A stretch of 64,000 bases of DNA from Eledone cirrhosa (GCA_964016885.1 CAXHJY010000096.1:2232001-2296000), one strand, 5' to 3'. Positions 12,701 to 28,400 are shown, counted from the first letter of the stretch. Translations and numbers: made by a program. Notes: generated by a model from the letters alone, not told the origin.

Positions 12701-15520
12701 GAGATAATTTCCAGCCGTCCAAGGGGAGGTAATATCTAGCCGTCCAAGGGGAGATAATTTCCAGCCGTCCAAGGGGAGATAATTTCCAGCCGTCCAAGGG
12801 GAGATAATTTCCAGCCGTCCAAGGAGACATATTTTCCAGCCGTCCAAGGCGAGGTAATTTCTAGCCGTCCAAGGGGAGATAAATTCCAGCCTCCAAGGGG
12901 AGATAATTTCCAGCCAGCCAAGGGGAGATAATTTGTAAAAAAATCAGGGGGAGATAATTTGTAAAAAATATCAGGGAGATAATTTGTAAAAAAAAATCAG
13001 GGGGAGATAATTTGTAAAAAAAATCAGGGGGAGATAATTTGTAAAAAAAAATCAGGGGGAGATAATTTGTAAAAAAAATCAAGGGGAGATAATTTCCAGC
13101 CGTCCAAGGGGAGATAATTTTCAGCCGTCCAAGGAGAGGTAATTTCTAGCCGTCCGAGGAGAGATAATTTCCAGCCGTCCAAGGGGAGATAATTTCCAGC
13201 CGTCCAAGGGGAGATAATTTCCAGCCGTCCAAGGAGACATATTTTCCAGCCGTCCAAGGAGAGGTAATTTCTAGCCGTCCAAGGGGAGATAAATTCCAGC
13301 CTCCAAGGGGAGATAATTTCCAGCCAGCCAAGGGGAGATAATTTGTAAAAAAATCAGGGGGAGATAATTTGCAAAAAAAATCAGGGGGAGATAATTTGTA
13401 AAAAAATCAGGGGGAGATAATTTGTAAAAAATAATCAGGGGGAGATAATTTCCAGCCGTCGAAGGGGAGATAATTTTAAAAAAAATCAGGCGGAGATAAT
13501 TTGTAAAAAAAAATCAGGGGGAGATAATTTGTAAAAAAAAATCAGGGGGAGATAATTTGTAAAATAAATCAAGGGGAGATAATTTCCAGCCGTCCAAGGG
13601 GAGATAATTTTCAGCCGTCCAAGGGGAGATAATTTCCCGCCAGCCAAGGGAAGATAATATTTAAAAAAATCAGGCGGAGATAATTTGTAAAAAAAATCAG
13701 GGGGAGATAATTTGTAAAAAAATCAGGGGGAGATAATTTGTAAAAAAAAATCAGGGGGCGATAATTTGTAAAAAAAATCAGGGGGAGATAATTTGTAAAA
13801 AAAAATCAGGGGTAGATAATTTGTAAAAAAAAATCAGGGGGAGATAATTTGTAAAAAAAAATCAGGGGGAGATAATTTGTAAAAAAAATGAAAGGGGAGA
13901 TAATATCCAGCCGTCCAAGGGGAGATAATTTCCAGCCGTCCAAGGGGAGATAATTTCCAGCCGTCCAAGGGGAGATAATTTCCATCCTTCCAAGGGGATA
14001 TAATTTCCAGCCGTCCAAGGGGAGATAATTTCCATCCTTCCAAGGGGATATAATTTCCAGCCGTCCAAGGGGAGATAATTTTCAGCCGTCCAAGGAGAGG
14101 TAATTTCTAGCCGTCCAAGGAGAGATAATTTCCAGCCGTCCAAGGGGAGATAATTTCCAGCCGTCCAAGGGGAGATAATTTACAGCCGTCCAAGGAGACA
14201 TATTTTCCAGCCGTCCAAGGAGAGGTAATTCCTAGCCGTCCAAGGGGAGATAAATTCCAGCCTCCAAGGGGAGATAATTTCCAGCCAGCCAAGGGGAGAT
14301 CATTTGTAAAAAAAATCAGGGGGAGATAATTTGTAAAAAAAATCAGGGGGAGATAATTTGTAAAAAAAAATCAGAGGGAGATAATTTGTAAAAAATAATC
14401 AGGGGGAGATAATTTGTAAAAAAAATCAAGGGGAGATAATTTCCAGCCGTCCAAGGGGAGATAATTTTCAGCCGTCCAAGGGGAGATAATTTCCCGCCAG
14501 CCAAGGGAAGATAATATTTAAAAAAATTAGGCGGAGATAATTTGTAAAAAAAATCAGGGGGAGATAATTTGTAAAAAAATCAGGGGGAGATAATTTGTAA
14601 AAAAAATCAGGGGGAGATAATTTGTAAAAAAAAATCAGGGGTAGATAATTTGTAAAAAAAAATCAGGGGGAGATAATTTGTAAAAAAAATCAGGGGGAGA
14701 TAATTTGTAAAAAAAATCAGGGGTAGATAATTTGTAAAAAAAAATCAGGGGTAGATAATTTGTAAAAAAAAATCAGGGGGAGATAATTTGTAAAAAAAAT
14801 CAAGGGGAGATAATTTCCAGCCGTCCAAGGGAAGATAATTTCCAGCCCTCCAAGGGGCTATAATTTCCAGCGTCCAAGGGGAGATAATTTCCAGCCAGCG
14901 AAGGGGAGATAATTTTTTTTTCAAAATCATTGGGAGATTTGTAAAAAAAATCAGGGGGAGATAATTTGTAAAAAAAATCAAGGGGAGATAATTTCCAGCC
15001 GTCCAAGGGGAGGTAATATCTAGCCGTCCAAGGGGAGATAATTTCCAGCCGTCCAAGGGTAGATAATATCCAGCCGTCCAAGGACATATTTTCCAGCCGT
15101 CCAAGGAGAGGTAATTTCTAGCCGTCCAAGGGGAGATAAATTCCAGCCTCCAAGGGGAGATAATTTCCAGCCAGCCAAGGGGAGATAATTTGTAAAAAAA
15201 TCAGGGGGAGATAATTTGTAAAAAAAATCAGGGGGAGATAATTTGTAAAAAAAAATCAGGGGGAGATAATTTGTAAAAAAAAATCAGGGGGAGATAATTT
15301 GTAAAAAAAATCAGGGGGAGATAATTTGTAAAAAAAATCAAGGGGAAATCATTTCCAGCCGTCCAAGGGAGATAATTTTCAGCCGTCCAAGGGGAGATAA
15401 TTTCCCGCCAGCCAAGGGAAGATAATATTTAAAAAAATCAGGCGGAGATAATTTGTAAAAAAAATCAGGGGGAGATAATTTGTAAAAAAATCAGGGGGAG
15501 ATAATTTGTAAAAGAAAAAT
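3800..15520 (+). repeat. Dispersed duplication at offset 8836: about 3800-6680 matches about 12640-15520
   Basis: ORF pairs 3900/12736, 4025/12861, 4970/13806 and 5909/14745 all differ by 8836. Shared rare variants are GGGGGCGAT, AGATCATTTG, T9CA4 and CAAGGGAGAT. Confidence 0.88.
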
Positions 15521-18500
15521 CAGGGGGAGATAATTTGTAAAAAAAATCAGGGGGAGATAATTTGTAAAAAAAATCAGAGGGAGATAATTTGTAAAAAAAA
15601 TGAAAGGGGAGATAATATCCAGCCGTCCAAGGGGAGATAATTTCCAGCCGTCCAAGGGGAGATAATTTCCAGCCGTCCAAGGGGAGATAATTTCCATCCT
15701 TCCAAGGGGATATAATTTCCAGCCGTCCAAGGGGAGATAATTTCCCGCCAGCCAAGGGAAGATAATTTTTAAAAAAATCAGGCGGAGATTGTAAAAAAAA
15801 TCAGGGGGGAGATAATTTGTAAAAAAATCAGGGGGAGATAATTTGTAAAAAAAAATCAGGGGGAGATAATTTGTAAAAAATAATCAGGGGGAGATAATTT
15901 GTAAAAAAAAATCAAGTGGAGATAATTTCCAGCCGTCCAAGGGGAGATAATTTCCCGCCAGCCAAGGGAAGATAATATTTAAAAAAATTAGGCGGAGATA
16001 ATTTGTAAAAAAAATCAGGGGGAGATAATTTGTAAAAAAATCAGGGGGAGATAATTTGTAAAAAAAATCAGGGGGAGATAATTTGTAAAAAAAATCATGG
16101 GGAGATAATTTGTAAAAAAAAATCAGGGGTAGATAATTTGTAAAAAAAAATCAGGGGGAGATAATTTGTAAAAAAAAATCAGGGGGAGATAATTTGTAAA
16201 AAAAATCAAGGGGAGATAATTTCCAGCCGTCCAAGGGGAGATAATTTTCAGCCGTCCAAGAAGAGGTAATTTCTAGCCGTCCAAGGGGAGATAATTTCCA
16301 GCCGTCCAAGGGGAGGTAATTTCCAGCCGTCCAAGGGGAGATAATTTTTTAAAAAAAATCAGGCGGAGATAATTTGTAAAAAAAATCAAGGGGAGATACT
16401 TTGCAGCCGTCCAAGGGGAGATAATTTTCAGTCGTCCAAGGAGAGGTAATTTCTAGCCGTCCAAGGGGAGATAATTTCCAGCCGTCCAAGGGGAGATAAT
16501 TTCCAGCCGTCCAAGGGGAGATAATTTTTTTTTAAAAATCAGGCGGAGATAATTTGTAAAAAAAATCAGGGGGAGATAATTTGTAAACAAAATCAGGGGG
16601 AGATAATTTGTAAAAAAAAATCAGGGGGAGATAATTTGTAAAAAAAATCAAGGAGAGATAATTTCCAGCCGTCCAAGGGAAGATAATTTCCAGCCGTCCA
16701 AGGAGACATATTTTCCAGCCGTCCAAGGCGAGGTAATTTCTAGCCGTCCAAGGGGAGATAAATTCCAGCCTCCAAGGGGAGATAATTTCCAGCCAGCCAA
16801 GGGGAGATAATTTGTAAAAAAATCAGGGGGAGATAATTTGTAAAAAATATCAGGGAGATAATTTGTAAAAAAAAATCAGGGGGAGATAATTTGTAAAAAA
16901 AATCAGGGGGAGATAATTTGTAAAAAAAAATCAGGGGGAGATAATTTGTAAAAAAAATCAAGGGGAGATAATTTCCAGCCGTCCAAGGGGAGATAATTTT
17001 CAGCCGTCCAAGGAGAGGTAATTTCTAGCCGTCCGAGGAGAGATAATTTCCAGCCGTCCAAGGTGAGATAATTTCCAGCCGTCCAAGGGGAGATAATTTC
17101 CAGCCGTCCAAGGAGACATATTTTCCAGCCGTCCAAGGAGAGGTAATTTCTAGCCGTCCAAGGGGAGATAAATTCCAGCCTCCAAGGGGAGATAATTTCC
17201 AGCCAGCCAAGGGGAAATAATTTGTAAAAAAATCAGGGGGAGATAATTTGCAAAAAAAATCAGGGGGAGATAATTTGTAAAAAATAATCAGGGGGAGATA
17301 ATTTCCAGCCGTCCAAGGGGAGATAATTTAAAAAAAAATCAGGCGGAGATAATTTGTAAAAAAAAATCAGGGGGAGATAATTTGTAAAAAAAAATCAGGG
17401 GGAGATAATTTGTAAAAAAAATCAAGGGGAGATAATTTCCAGCCGTCCAAGGGGAGATAATTTTCAGCCGTCCAAGGGGAGATAATTTCCCGCCAGCCAA
17501 GGGAAGATAATATTTAAAAAAATCAGGCGGAGATAATTTGTAAAAAAAATCAGGGGGAGATAATTTGTAAAAAAATCAGGGGGAGATAATTTGTAAAAAA
17601 AAATCAGGGGGAGATAATTTGTAAAAAAAATCAGGGGGAGATAATTTGTAAAAAAAAATCAGGGGTAGATAATTTGTAAAAAAAAATCAGGGGGAGATAA
17701 TTTGTAAAAAAAAATCAGGGGGAGATAATTTGTAAAAAAAATGAAAGGGGAGATAATATCCAGCCGTCCAAGGGGAGATAATTTCCAGCCGTCCAAGGGG
17801 AGATAATTTCCAGCCGTCCAAGGGGAGATAATTTCCATCCTTCCAAGGGGATATAATTTCCAGCCGTCCAAGGGGAGATAATTTCCATCCTTCCAAGGGG
17901 ATATAATTTCCAGCCGTCCAAGGGGAGATAATTTTCAGCCGTCCAAGGAGAGGTAATTTCTAGCCGTCCAAGGAGAGATAATTTCCAGCCGTCCAAGGGG
18001 AGATAATTTCCAGCCGTCCAAGGGGAGATAATTTCCAGCCGTCCAAGGAGACATATTTTCCAGCCGTCCAAGGAGAGGTAATTCCTAGCCGTCCAAGGGG
18101 AGATAAATTCCAGCCTCCAAGGGGAGATAATTTCCAGCCAGCCAAGGGGAGATAATTTGTAAAAAAAATCAGGGGGAGATAATTTGTAAAAAAAATCAGG
18201 GGGAGATAATTTGTAAAAAAAAATCAGGGGGAGATAATTTGTAAAAAATAATCAGGGGGAGATAATTTGTAAAAAAAATCAAGGGGAGATAATTTCCAGC
18301 CGTCCAAGGGGAGATAATTTTCAGCCGTCCAAGGGGAGATAATTTCCCGCCAGCCAAGGGAAGATAATATTTAAAAAAATTAGGCGGAGATAATTTGTAA
18401 AAAAAATCAGGGGGAGATAATTTGTAAAAAAATCAGGGGGAGATAATTTGTAAAAAAAATCAGGGGGAGATAATTTGTAAAAAAAATCAGGGGGAGATAA

Positions 18501-19483
18501 TTTGTAAAAAAAAATCAGGGGTAGATAATTTGTAAAAAAAAATCAGGGGGAGATAATTTGTAAAAAAAATCAAGGGGAGATAATTTCCAGCCGTCCAAGG
18601 GAAGATAATTTCCAGCCCTCCAAGGGGCTATAATTTCCAGCGTCCAAGGGGAGATAATTTCCAGCCAGCGAAGGGGAGATAATTTTTTTAAAAAAATCAT
18701 TGGGAGATTTGTAAAAAAAATCAGGGGGAGATAATTTGTAAAAAAAATCAAGGGGAGATAATTTCCAGCCGTCCAAGGGGAGGTAATATCTAGCCGTCCA
18801 AGGGTAGATAATTTCCAGCCGTCCAACGGGAGATAATTTCCAGCCGTCCAAGGGTAGATAATATCCAGCCGCCCAAGGACATATTTTCCAGCCGTCCAAG
18901 GAGAGGTAATTTCTAGCCGTCCAAGGGGAGATAATTTCCAGCCGTCCAAGGGTAGATAATATCCAGCCGTCCAAGGACATATTTTCCAGCCGTCCAAGGA
19001 GAGGTAATTTCTAGCCGTCCAAGGGGAGATAAATTCCAGCCTCCAAGGGGAGATAATTTCCAGCCAGCCAAGGGGAGATAATTTGTAAAAAAAATCAGGG
19101 GGAGATAATTTGTAAAAAAAAATCAGGGGGAGATAATTTGTAAAAAAAAATCAGGGGGAGATAATTTGCAAAAAAAATCGGGGAGATAATTTGTAAAAAA
19201 AAATCAGGGGTAGATAATTTGTAAAAAAAAATCAGGGGGAGATAATTTGTAAAAAAAAATCAGGGGGAGATAATTTGTAAAAATATCAAGGGGAGATAAT
19301 TTCCAGCCGTCCAAGGAGATATAATTTAAAAAAAAATCAGGCGGAGATAATTTGTAAAAAAAAATCAGGGGGAGATAATTTGTAAAAAAAATCAGGGGGA
19401 GATAATTTGTAAAAAAAAATCAGGGGTAGATAATTTGTAAAAAAAAATCAGGGGGAGATAATTTGTAAAAAAAAATCAGGAGG

Positions 19484-22400
19484 AGATAATTTGTAAAAAA
19501 AATCAAGGGGAGATAATTTCCAGCCGTCCAAGGAGAGATAATTTTTAAAAAAATCAGGCGGAGATAATTTGTAAAAAAAAATCAGGGGGAGATAATTTGT
19601 AAAAAAAAATCAGGGGGAGATAATTTGTAAAAAAAATCAAGGGGAGATAATTTCCAGCCGTCCAAGGGGAGATAATTTTCAGCCGTCCAAGGGGAGATAA
19701 TTTCCCGCCAGCCAAGGGAAGATAATATTCAAAAAAATTAGGCGGAGATAATTTGTAAAAAAAATCAGGGGGAGATAATTTGTAAAAAAATCAGGGGGAG
19801 ATAATTTGTAAAAAAAAAAAATCAGGGGGAGATAATTTGTAAAAAAAATAAGGGGGAGATAATTTGTAAAAAAAAATCAGGGGTAGATAATTTGTAAAAA
19901 AAAATCAGGGGGAGATAATTTGTAAAAAGAAATCAGGGGGAGATAATTTGTAAAAAAAATGAAAGGGGAGATAATATCCAGCCGTCCAAGGGGAGATAAT
20001 TTCCAGCCGTCCAAGGGGAGATAATTTCCAGCCGTCCAAGGGGAGATAATTTCCATCCTTCCAAGGGGATATAATTTCCAGCCGTCCAAGGGGAGATAAT
20101 TTCCATCCTTCCAAGGGGATATAATTTCCAGCCGTCCAAGGGGAGATAATTTTCAGCCGTCCAAGGAGAGGTAATTTCTAGCCGTCCAAGGAGAGATAAT
20201 TTCCAGCCGTCCAAGGGGAGATAATTTCCAGCCGTCCAAGGGGAGATAATTTCCAGCCGTCCAAGGAGACATATTTTCCAGCCGTCCAAGGAGAGGTAAT
20301 TCCTAGCCGTCCAAGGGGAGATAAATTCCAGCCTCCAAGGGGAGATAATTTCCAGCCAGCCAAGGGGAGATAATTTGTAAAAAAAATCAGGGGGAGATAA
20401 TTTGTAAAAAAAATCAGGGGGAGATAATTTGTAAAAAAAAATCAGGGGTAGATAATTTGTAAAAAATAATCAGGGGGAGATAATTTGTAAAAAAAATCAA
20501 GGGGAGATAATTTCCAGCCGTCCAAGGGGAGATAATTTTCAGCCGTCCAAGGGGAGATAATTTCCCGCCAGCCAAGGGAATATAATATTTAAAAAAATTA
20601 GGCGGAGATAATTTGTAAAAAAAATCAGGGGGAGATAATTTGTAAAAAAATCAGGGGGAGATAATTTGTAAAAAAAATCAGGGGGAGATAATTTGTAAAA
20701 AAAATCAGGGGGAGATAATTTGTAAAAAAAAATCAGGGGGAGATAATTTGTAAAAAAAATCAAGGGGAGATAATTTCCAGCCGTCCAAGGGAAGATAATT
20801 TCCAGCCCTCCAAGGGGCTATAATTTCCAGCGTCCAAGGGGAGATAATTTCCAGCCAGCGAAGGGGAGATAATTTTTTTTAAAAAATCATTGGGAGATTT
20901 GTAAAAAAAATCAGGGGGAGATAATTTGTAAAAAAAATCAAGGGGAGATAATTTCCAGCCGTCCAAGGGGAGGTAATATCTAGCCGTCCAAGGGGAGATA
21001 ATTTCCAGCCGTCCAAGGGGAGATAATTTCCAGCCGTCCAAGGGTAGATAATATCCAGCCGTCCAAGGACATATTTTCCAGCCGTCCAAGGAGAGGTAAT
21101 TTCTAGCCGTCCAAGGGGAGATAAATTCCAGCCTCCAAGGTGAGATAATTTCCAGCCAGCCAAGGGGAGATAATTTGTAAAAAAATCAGGGGGAGATAAT
21201 TTGTAAAAAAAATCAGGGGGAGATAATTTGTAAAAAAAAATCAGGGGGAGATAATTTGCAAAAAAAATCAGGGGGAGATAATTTGTAAAAAAAAATCAGG
21301 GGTAGATAATTTGTAAAAAAAAATCAGGGGGAGATAATTTGTAAAAAAAAATCAGGGGGAGATAATTTGTAAAAAAAATCAAGGGGAGATAATTTCCAGC
21401 CGTCCAAGGGGAGATAATTTTCAGCCGTCCAAGGAGAGATAATTTCCCGCCAGCCAAGGGAAGATAATTTTTAAAAAAATCAGGCGGAGATTGTAAAAAA
21501 AATCAGGGGGGAGATAATTTGTAAAAAAATCAGGGGGAGATAATTTGTAAAAAAAAATCAAGGGGAGATAATTTCCAGCCGTCAAAGGGGAGATAATTTC
21601 CCGCCAGCCAAGGGAAGATAATATTTAAAAAAATTAGGCGGAGATAATTTGTAAAAAAAATCAGGGGGAGATAATTTGTAAAAAAATCAGGGGGAGATAA
21701 TTTGTAAAAAAAATCAGGGGGAGATAATTTGTAAAAAAAATCATGGGGAGATAATTTGTAAAAAAAAATCAGGGGTAGATAATTTGTAAAAAAAAATCAG
21801 GGGGAGATAATTTGTAAAAAAAAATCAGGGGTAGATAATTTGTAAAAAAAATCAAGGGGAGATAATTTCCAGCCGTCCAAGGGGAGATAATTTTCAGCCG
21901 TCCAAGGAGAGGTAATTTCTAGCCGTCCAAGGGGAGATAATTTCCAGCCGTCCAAGGGGAGGTAATTTCCAGCCGTCCAAGGGGAGATAATTTAAAAAAA
22001 AAAATCAGGCGGAGATAATTTGTAAAAAAAATCAAGGGCAGATAATTTGCAGCCGTCCAAGGGGAGATAATTTTCAGTCGTCCAAGGAGAGGTAATTTCT
22101 AGCCGTCCAAGGGGAGATAATTGCCAGCCGTCCAAGGGGAGATAATTTCCAGCCGTCCAAGGGGAGATAATTTTTTTTAAAAAATCAGGCGGAGATAATT
22201 TTAAAAAAAAATCAGGGGGAGATAATTTGTAAACAAAATCAGGGGGAGATAATTTGTAAAAAAAAATCAGGGGGAGATAATTTGTAAAAAAAATCATGGA
22301 GAGATAATTTCCAGCCGTCCAAGGTGAGATAATTTCCAGCCGTCCAAGGAGACATATTTTCCAGCCGTCCAAGGCGAGGTAATTTCTAGCCGTCCAAGGG

Positions 22401-25400
22401 GAGATAAATTCCAGCCTCCAAGGGGAGATAATTTCCAGCCAGCCAAGTGGAGATAATTTGTAAAAAAATCAGGGGCAGATAATTTGTAAAAAATATCAGG
22501 GAGATAATTTGTAAAAAAAAATCAGGGGGAGATAATTTGTAAAAAAAAATCAGGGGGAGATAATTTGTAAAAAAAATCAAGGGGAGATAATTTCCAGCCG
22601 TCCAAGGGGAGATAATTTTCAGCCGTCCAAGGGGAGATAATTTCCCGCCAGCCAAGGGAAGATAATATTTAAAAAAATCAGGCGGAGATAATTTGTAAAA
22701 AAAATCAGGGGGAGATAATTTGTAAAAAAATCAGGGGGAGATAATTTGTAAAAAAAAAATCAGGGGGAGATAATTTGTAAAAAAAATCAGGGGGAGATAA
22801 TTTGTAAAAAAAAATCAGGGGTAGATAATTTGTAAACAAAAATCAGGGGGAGATAATTTGTAAAAAAAAATCAGGGGGAGATAATTTGTAAAAAAAATGA
22901 AAGGGGAGATAATATCCAGCCGTCCAAGGGGAGATAATTTCCAGCCGTCCAAGGGGAGATAATTTTCAGCCGTCCAAGGAGAGGTAATTTCTAGCCGTCC
23001 AAGGGGAGATAATTTCCAGCCGTCCAAGGGGAGGTAATTTCCAGCCGTCCAAGGGGAGATAATTTTTAAAAAAAAATCAGGCGGAGATAATTTGTAAAAA
23101 AAATCAAGGGGAGATAATTTGCAGCCGTCCAAGGGGAGATAATTTTCAGTCGTCCAAGGAGAGGTAATTTCTAGCCGTCCAAGGGGAGATAATTTCCAGC
23201 CGTCCAAGGGGAGATAATTTCCAGCCGTCCAAGGGGAGATAATTTTTTTTAAAAAATCAGGCGGAGATAATTTGTAAAAAAAATCAGGGGGAGATAATTT
23301 GTAAACAAAATCAGGGGGAGATAATTTGTAAAAAAAAATCAGGGGGAGATAATTTGTAAAAAAAATCAGGGGGAGATAATTTGTAAAAAAAAATCAGGGG
23401 GAGATAATTTGTAAAAAAAATCAAGGGGAGATAATTTCCAGCCGTCCAAGGGGAGATAATTTTCAGCCGTCCAAGGAGAGGTAATTTCTAACCGTCCGAG
23501 GAGAGATAATTTCCAGCCGTCCAAGGGGAGATAATTTCCAGCCGTCCAAGGGGAGATAATTTCCAGCCGTCCAAGGAGACATATTTTCCAGCCGTCCAAG
23601 GAGAGGTAATTTCTAGCCGTCCAAGGGGAGATAAATTCCAGCCTCCAAGGGGAGATAATTTCCAGCCAGCCAAGGGGAGATAATTTGTAAAAAAATCAGG
23701 GGGAGATAATTTGCAAAAAAAATCAGGGGGAGATAATTTGTAAAAAAAATCAGGGGGAGATAATTTGTAAAAAATAATCAGGGGGAGATAATTTCCAGCC
23801 GTCCAAGGGAAGATAATTTCCAGCCCTCCAAGGGGCTATAATTTCCAGTGTCCAAGGGGAGATAATTTCCAGCCAGCGAAGGGGAGATAATTTTTTTTAA
23901 AAAATCATTGGGAGATTTGTAAAAAAAATCAGGGGGAGATAATTTGTAAAAAAAATCAAGGGGAGATAATTCCAGCCGTCCAAGGGGAGGTAATATCTAG
24001 CCGTCCAAGGGGAGATAATTTCCAGCCGTCCAAGGGGAGATAATTTCCAGCCGTCCAAGGGTAGATAATATCCAGCCGCCCAAGGACATATTTTCCAGCC
24101 GTCCAAGGAGAGGTAAATTCTAGCCGTCCAAGGGGAGATAAATTCCAGCCTCCAAGGGGAGATAATTTCCAGCCAGCCAAGGGGAGATAATTTGTAAAAA
24201 AATCAGGGGGAGATAATTTGTAAAAAAAATCAGGGGGAGATAATTTGTAAAAAAAAATCAGGGGGAGATAATTTGTAAAAAAAAATCAGGGGGAGATAAT
24301 TTGTAAAAAAAAATCAGGGGGAGATAATTTGTAAAAAAAATCAAGGGGAGATAATTTCCAGCCGTCCAAGGAGAGATAATTTTAAAAAAAATCAGGCGGA
24401 GATAATTTGTAAAAAAAAATCAGGGGGAGATAATTTGTAAAAAAAATCAGGGGGAGATAATTTGTAAAAAAAATCAGGGGTAGATAATTTGTAAAAAAAA
24501 ATCAGGGGGAGATAATTTGTAAAAAAAAATCAGGGGGAGATAATTTGTAAAAAAAATCAAGGGGAGATAATTTCCAGCCGTCCAAGGAGAGATAATTTAA
24601 AAAAAAATCAGGCGGAGATAATTTGTAAAAAAAAATTAGGGGGAGATAATTTGTAAAAAAAAATCAGGGGGAGATAATTTGTAAAAAAAAATCAAGGGGA
24701 GATAATTTCCAGCCGTCCAAGGGGAGATAATTTTCAGCCGTCCAAGGGGAGATAATTTCCCGCCAGCCAAGGGAAGATAATATTCAAAAAAATCAGGCGG
24801 AGATAATTTGTAAAAAAAATCAGGGGGAGATAATTTGTAAAAAAATCAGGGGGAGATAATTTGTAAAAAAAAAAATCAGGGGGAGATAATTTGTAAAAAA
24901 AATCAGGGGGAGATAATTTGTAAAAAAAAATCAGGGGTAGATAATTTGTAAAAAAAAATCAGGGGGAGATAATTTGTAAAAAAAAATCAGGGGGAGATAA
25001 TTTGTAAAAAAAATGAAAGGGGAGATAATATCCAGCCGTCCAAGGGGAGATAATTTCCAGCCGTCCAAGGGGAGATAATTTCCAGCCGTCCAAGGGGAGA
25101 AAATTTCCATCCTTCCAAGGGGATATAATTTCCAGCCGTCCAAGGGGAGATAATTTCCATCCTTCCAAGGGGATATAATTTCCAGCCGTCCAAGTGGAGA
25201 TAATTTTCAGCCGTCCAAGGAGAGGTAATTTCTAGCCGTCCAAGGAGAGATAATTTCCAGCCGTCCAAGGGGAGATAATTTCCAGCCGTCCAAGGGGAGA
25301 TAATTTCCAGCCGTCCAAGGAGACATATTTTCCAGCCGTCCAAGGAGAGGTAATTCCTAGCCGTCCAAGGGGAGATAAATTCCAGCCTCCAAGGGGAGAT

Positions 25401-28400
25401 AATTTCCAGCCAGCCAAGGGGAGATAATTTGTAAAAAAAATCAGGGGGAGATAATTTCTAAAAAAAATCAGGGGGAGATAATTTGTAAAAAAAAATCAGG
25501 GGGAGATAATTTGTAAAAAATAATCAGGGGGAGATAATTTGTAAAAAAAAATCAAGGGGAGATAATTTCCAGCCGTCCAAGGGGAGATAATTTTCAGCCG
25601 TCCAAGGGGAGATAATTTCCCGCCAGCCAAGGGAAGATAATATTTAAAAAAATTAGGCGGAGATAATTTGTAAAAAAAATCAGGGGGAGATAATTTGTAA
25701 AAAAATCAGGGGGAGATAATTTGTAAAAAAAATCAGGGGGAGATAATTTGTAAAAAAAATCAGGGGGAGATAATTGGAAAAAAAAATCAGGGGTAGATAA
25801 TTTGTAAAAAAAAATCAGGGGGAGATAATTTGTAAAAATAAAAATCAGGGGGAGATAATTTGTAAAAAAAATCAAGGGGAGATAATTTCCAGCCGTCCAA
25901 GGAGAGATAATTTTAAAAAAAATCAGGCGGAGATAATTTGTAAAAAAAAATCAGGGGGAGATAATTTGTAAAAAAAAATCAGGGGGAGATAATTTGTAAA
26001 AAAAATCAAGGGGAGATAATTTCCAGCCGTCCAAGGGGAGATAATTTTCAGCCGTCCAAGGGGAGATAATTTCCCGCCAGCCAAGGGAAGATAATATTCA
26101 AAAAAATCAGGCGGAGATAATTTGTAAAAAAAATCAGGGGGAGATAATTTGTAAAAAAATCAGGGGGAGATAATTTGTAAAAAAAAAAATCAGGGGGAGA
26201 TAATTTGTAAAAAAAATCAGGGGGAGATAATTTGTAAAAAAAAATCAGGGGTAGATAATTTGTAAAAAAAAATCAGGGGGAGATAATTTGTAAAAAAAAA
26301 TCAGGGGGAGATAATTTGTAAAAAAAATGAAAGGGGAGATAATATCCAGCCGTCCAAGGGGAGATAATTTCCAGCCGTCCAAGGGGAGATAATTTCCAGC
26401 CGTCCAAGGGGAGATAATTTCCATCCTTCCAAGGGGATATAATTTCCAGCCGTCCAAGGGGAGATAATTTCCATCCTTCCAAGGGGATATAATTTCCAGC
26501 CGTCCAAGGGGAGATAATTTTCAGCCGTCCAAGGAGAGGTAATTTCTAGCCGTCCAAGGAGAGATAATTTCCAGCCGTCCAAGGGGAGATAATTTCCAGC
26601 CGTCCAAGGGGAGATAATTTCCAGCCGTCCAAGGAGACATATTTTCCAGCCGTCCAAGGAGAGGTAATTCCTAGCCGTCCAAGGGGAGATAAATTCCAGC
26701 CTCCAAGGGGAGATAATTTCCAGCCAGCCAAGGGGAGATAATTTGTAAAAAAAATCAGGGGGAGATAATTTGTAAAAAAAATCAGGGGGAGATAATTTGT
26801 AAAAAAAAATCAGGGGTAGATAATTTGTAAAAAAAAATCAAGGGGAGATAATTTGTAAAAAAAAATCAGGAGGAGATAATTTGTAAAAAAAATCAAGGGG
26901 AGATAATTTCCAGCCGTCCAAGGAGAGATAATTTTTAAAAAAATCAGGCGGAGATAATTTGTAAAAAAAAATCAGGGGGAGATAATTTGTAAAAAAAAAT
27001 CAGGGGGAGATAATTTGTAAAAAAAATCAAGGGGAGATAATTTCCAGCCGTCCAAGGGGAGATAATTTTCAGCCGTCCAAGGGGAGATAATTTCCCGCCA
27101 GCCAAGGGAAGATAATATTCAAAAAAATTAGGCGGAGATAATTTGTAAAAAAAATCAGGGGGAGATAATTTGTAAAAAAATCAGGGGGAGATAATTTGTA
27201 AAAAAAAAAAATCAGGGGGAGATAATTTGTAAAAAAAATAAGGGGGAGATAATTTGTAAAAAAAAATCAGGGGTAGATAATTTGTAAAAAAAAATCAGGG
27301 GGAGATAATTTGTAAAAAAAAATCAGGGGGAGATAATTTGTAAAAAAAATGAAAGGGGAGATAATATCCAGCCGTCCAAGGGGAGATAATTTCCAGCCGT
27401 CCAAGGGGAGATAATTTCCAGCCGTCCAAGGGGAGATAATTTCCATCCTTCCAAGGGGATATAATTTCCAGCCGTCCAAGGGGAGATAATTTCCATCCTT
27501 CCAAGGGGATATAATTTCCAGCCGTCCAAGGGGAGATAATTTTCAGCCGTCCAAGGAGAGGTAATTTCTAGCCGTCCAAGGAGAGATAATTTCCAGCCGT
27601 CCAAGGGGAGATAATTTCCAGCCGTCCAAGGGGAGATAATTTCCAGCCGTCCAAGGAGACATATTTTCCAGCCGTCCAAGGAGAGGTAATTCCTAGCCGT
27701 CCAAGGGGAGATAAATTCCAGCCTCCAAGGGGAGATAATTTCCAGCCAGCCAAGGGGAGATAATTTGTAAAAAAAATCAGGGGGAGATAATTTGTAAAAA
27801 AAATCAGGGGGAGATAATTTGTAAAAAAAAATCAGGGGGAGATAATTTGTAAAAAATAATCAGGGGGAGATAATTTGTAAAAAAAATCAAGGGGAGATAA
27901 TTTCCAGCCGTCCAAGGGGAGATAATTTTCAGCCGTCCAAGGGGAGATAATTTCCCGCCAGCCAAGGGAAGATAATATTTAAAAAAATTAGGCGGAGATA
28001 ATTTGTAAAAAAAATCAGGGGGAGATAATTTGTAAAAAAATCAGGGGGAGATAATTTGTAAAAAAAATCAGGGGGAGATAATTTGTAAAAAAAATCAGGG
28101 GGAGATAATTTGTAAAAAAAAATCAGGGGGAGATAATTTGTAAAAAAAATCAAGGGGAGATAATTTCCAGCCGTCCAAGGGAAGATAATTTCCAGCCCTC
28201 CAAGGGGCTATAATTTCCAGCGTCCAAGGGGAGATAATTTCCAGCCAGCGAAGGGGAGATAATTTTTTTTAAAAAATCATTGGGAGATTTGTAAAAAAAA
28301 TCAGGGGGAGATAATTTGTAAAAAAAATCAAGGGGAGATAATTTCCAGCCGTCCAAGGGGAGGTAATATCTAGCCGTCCAAGGGGAGATAATTTCCAGCC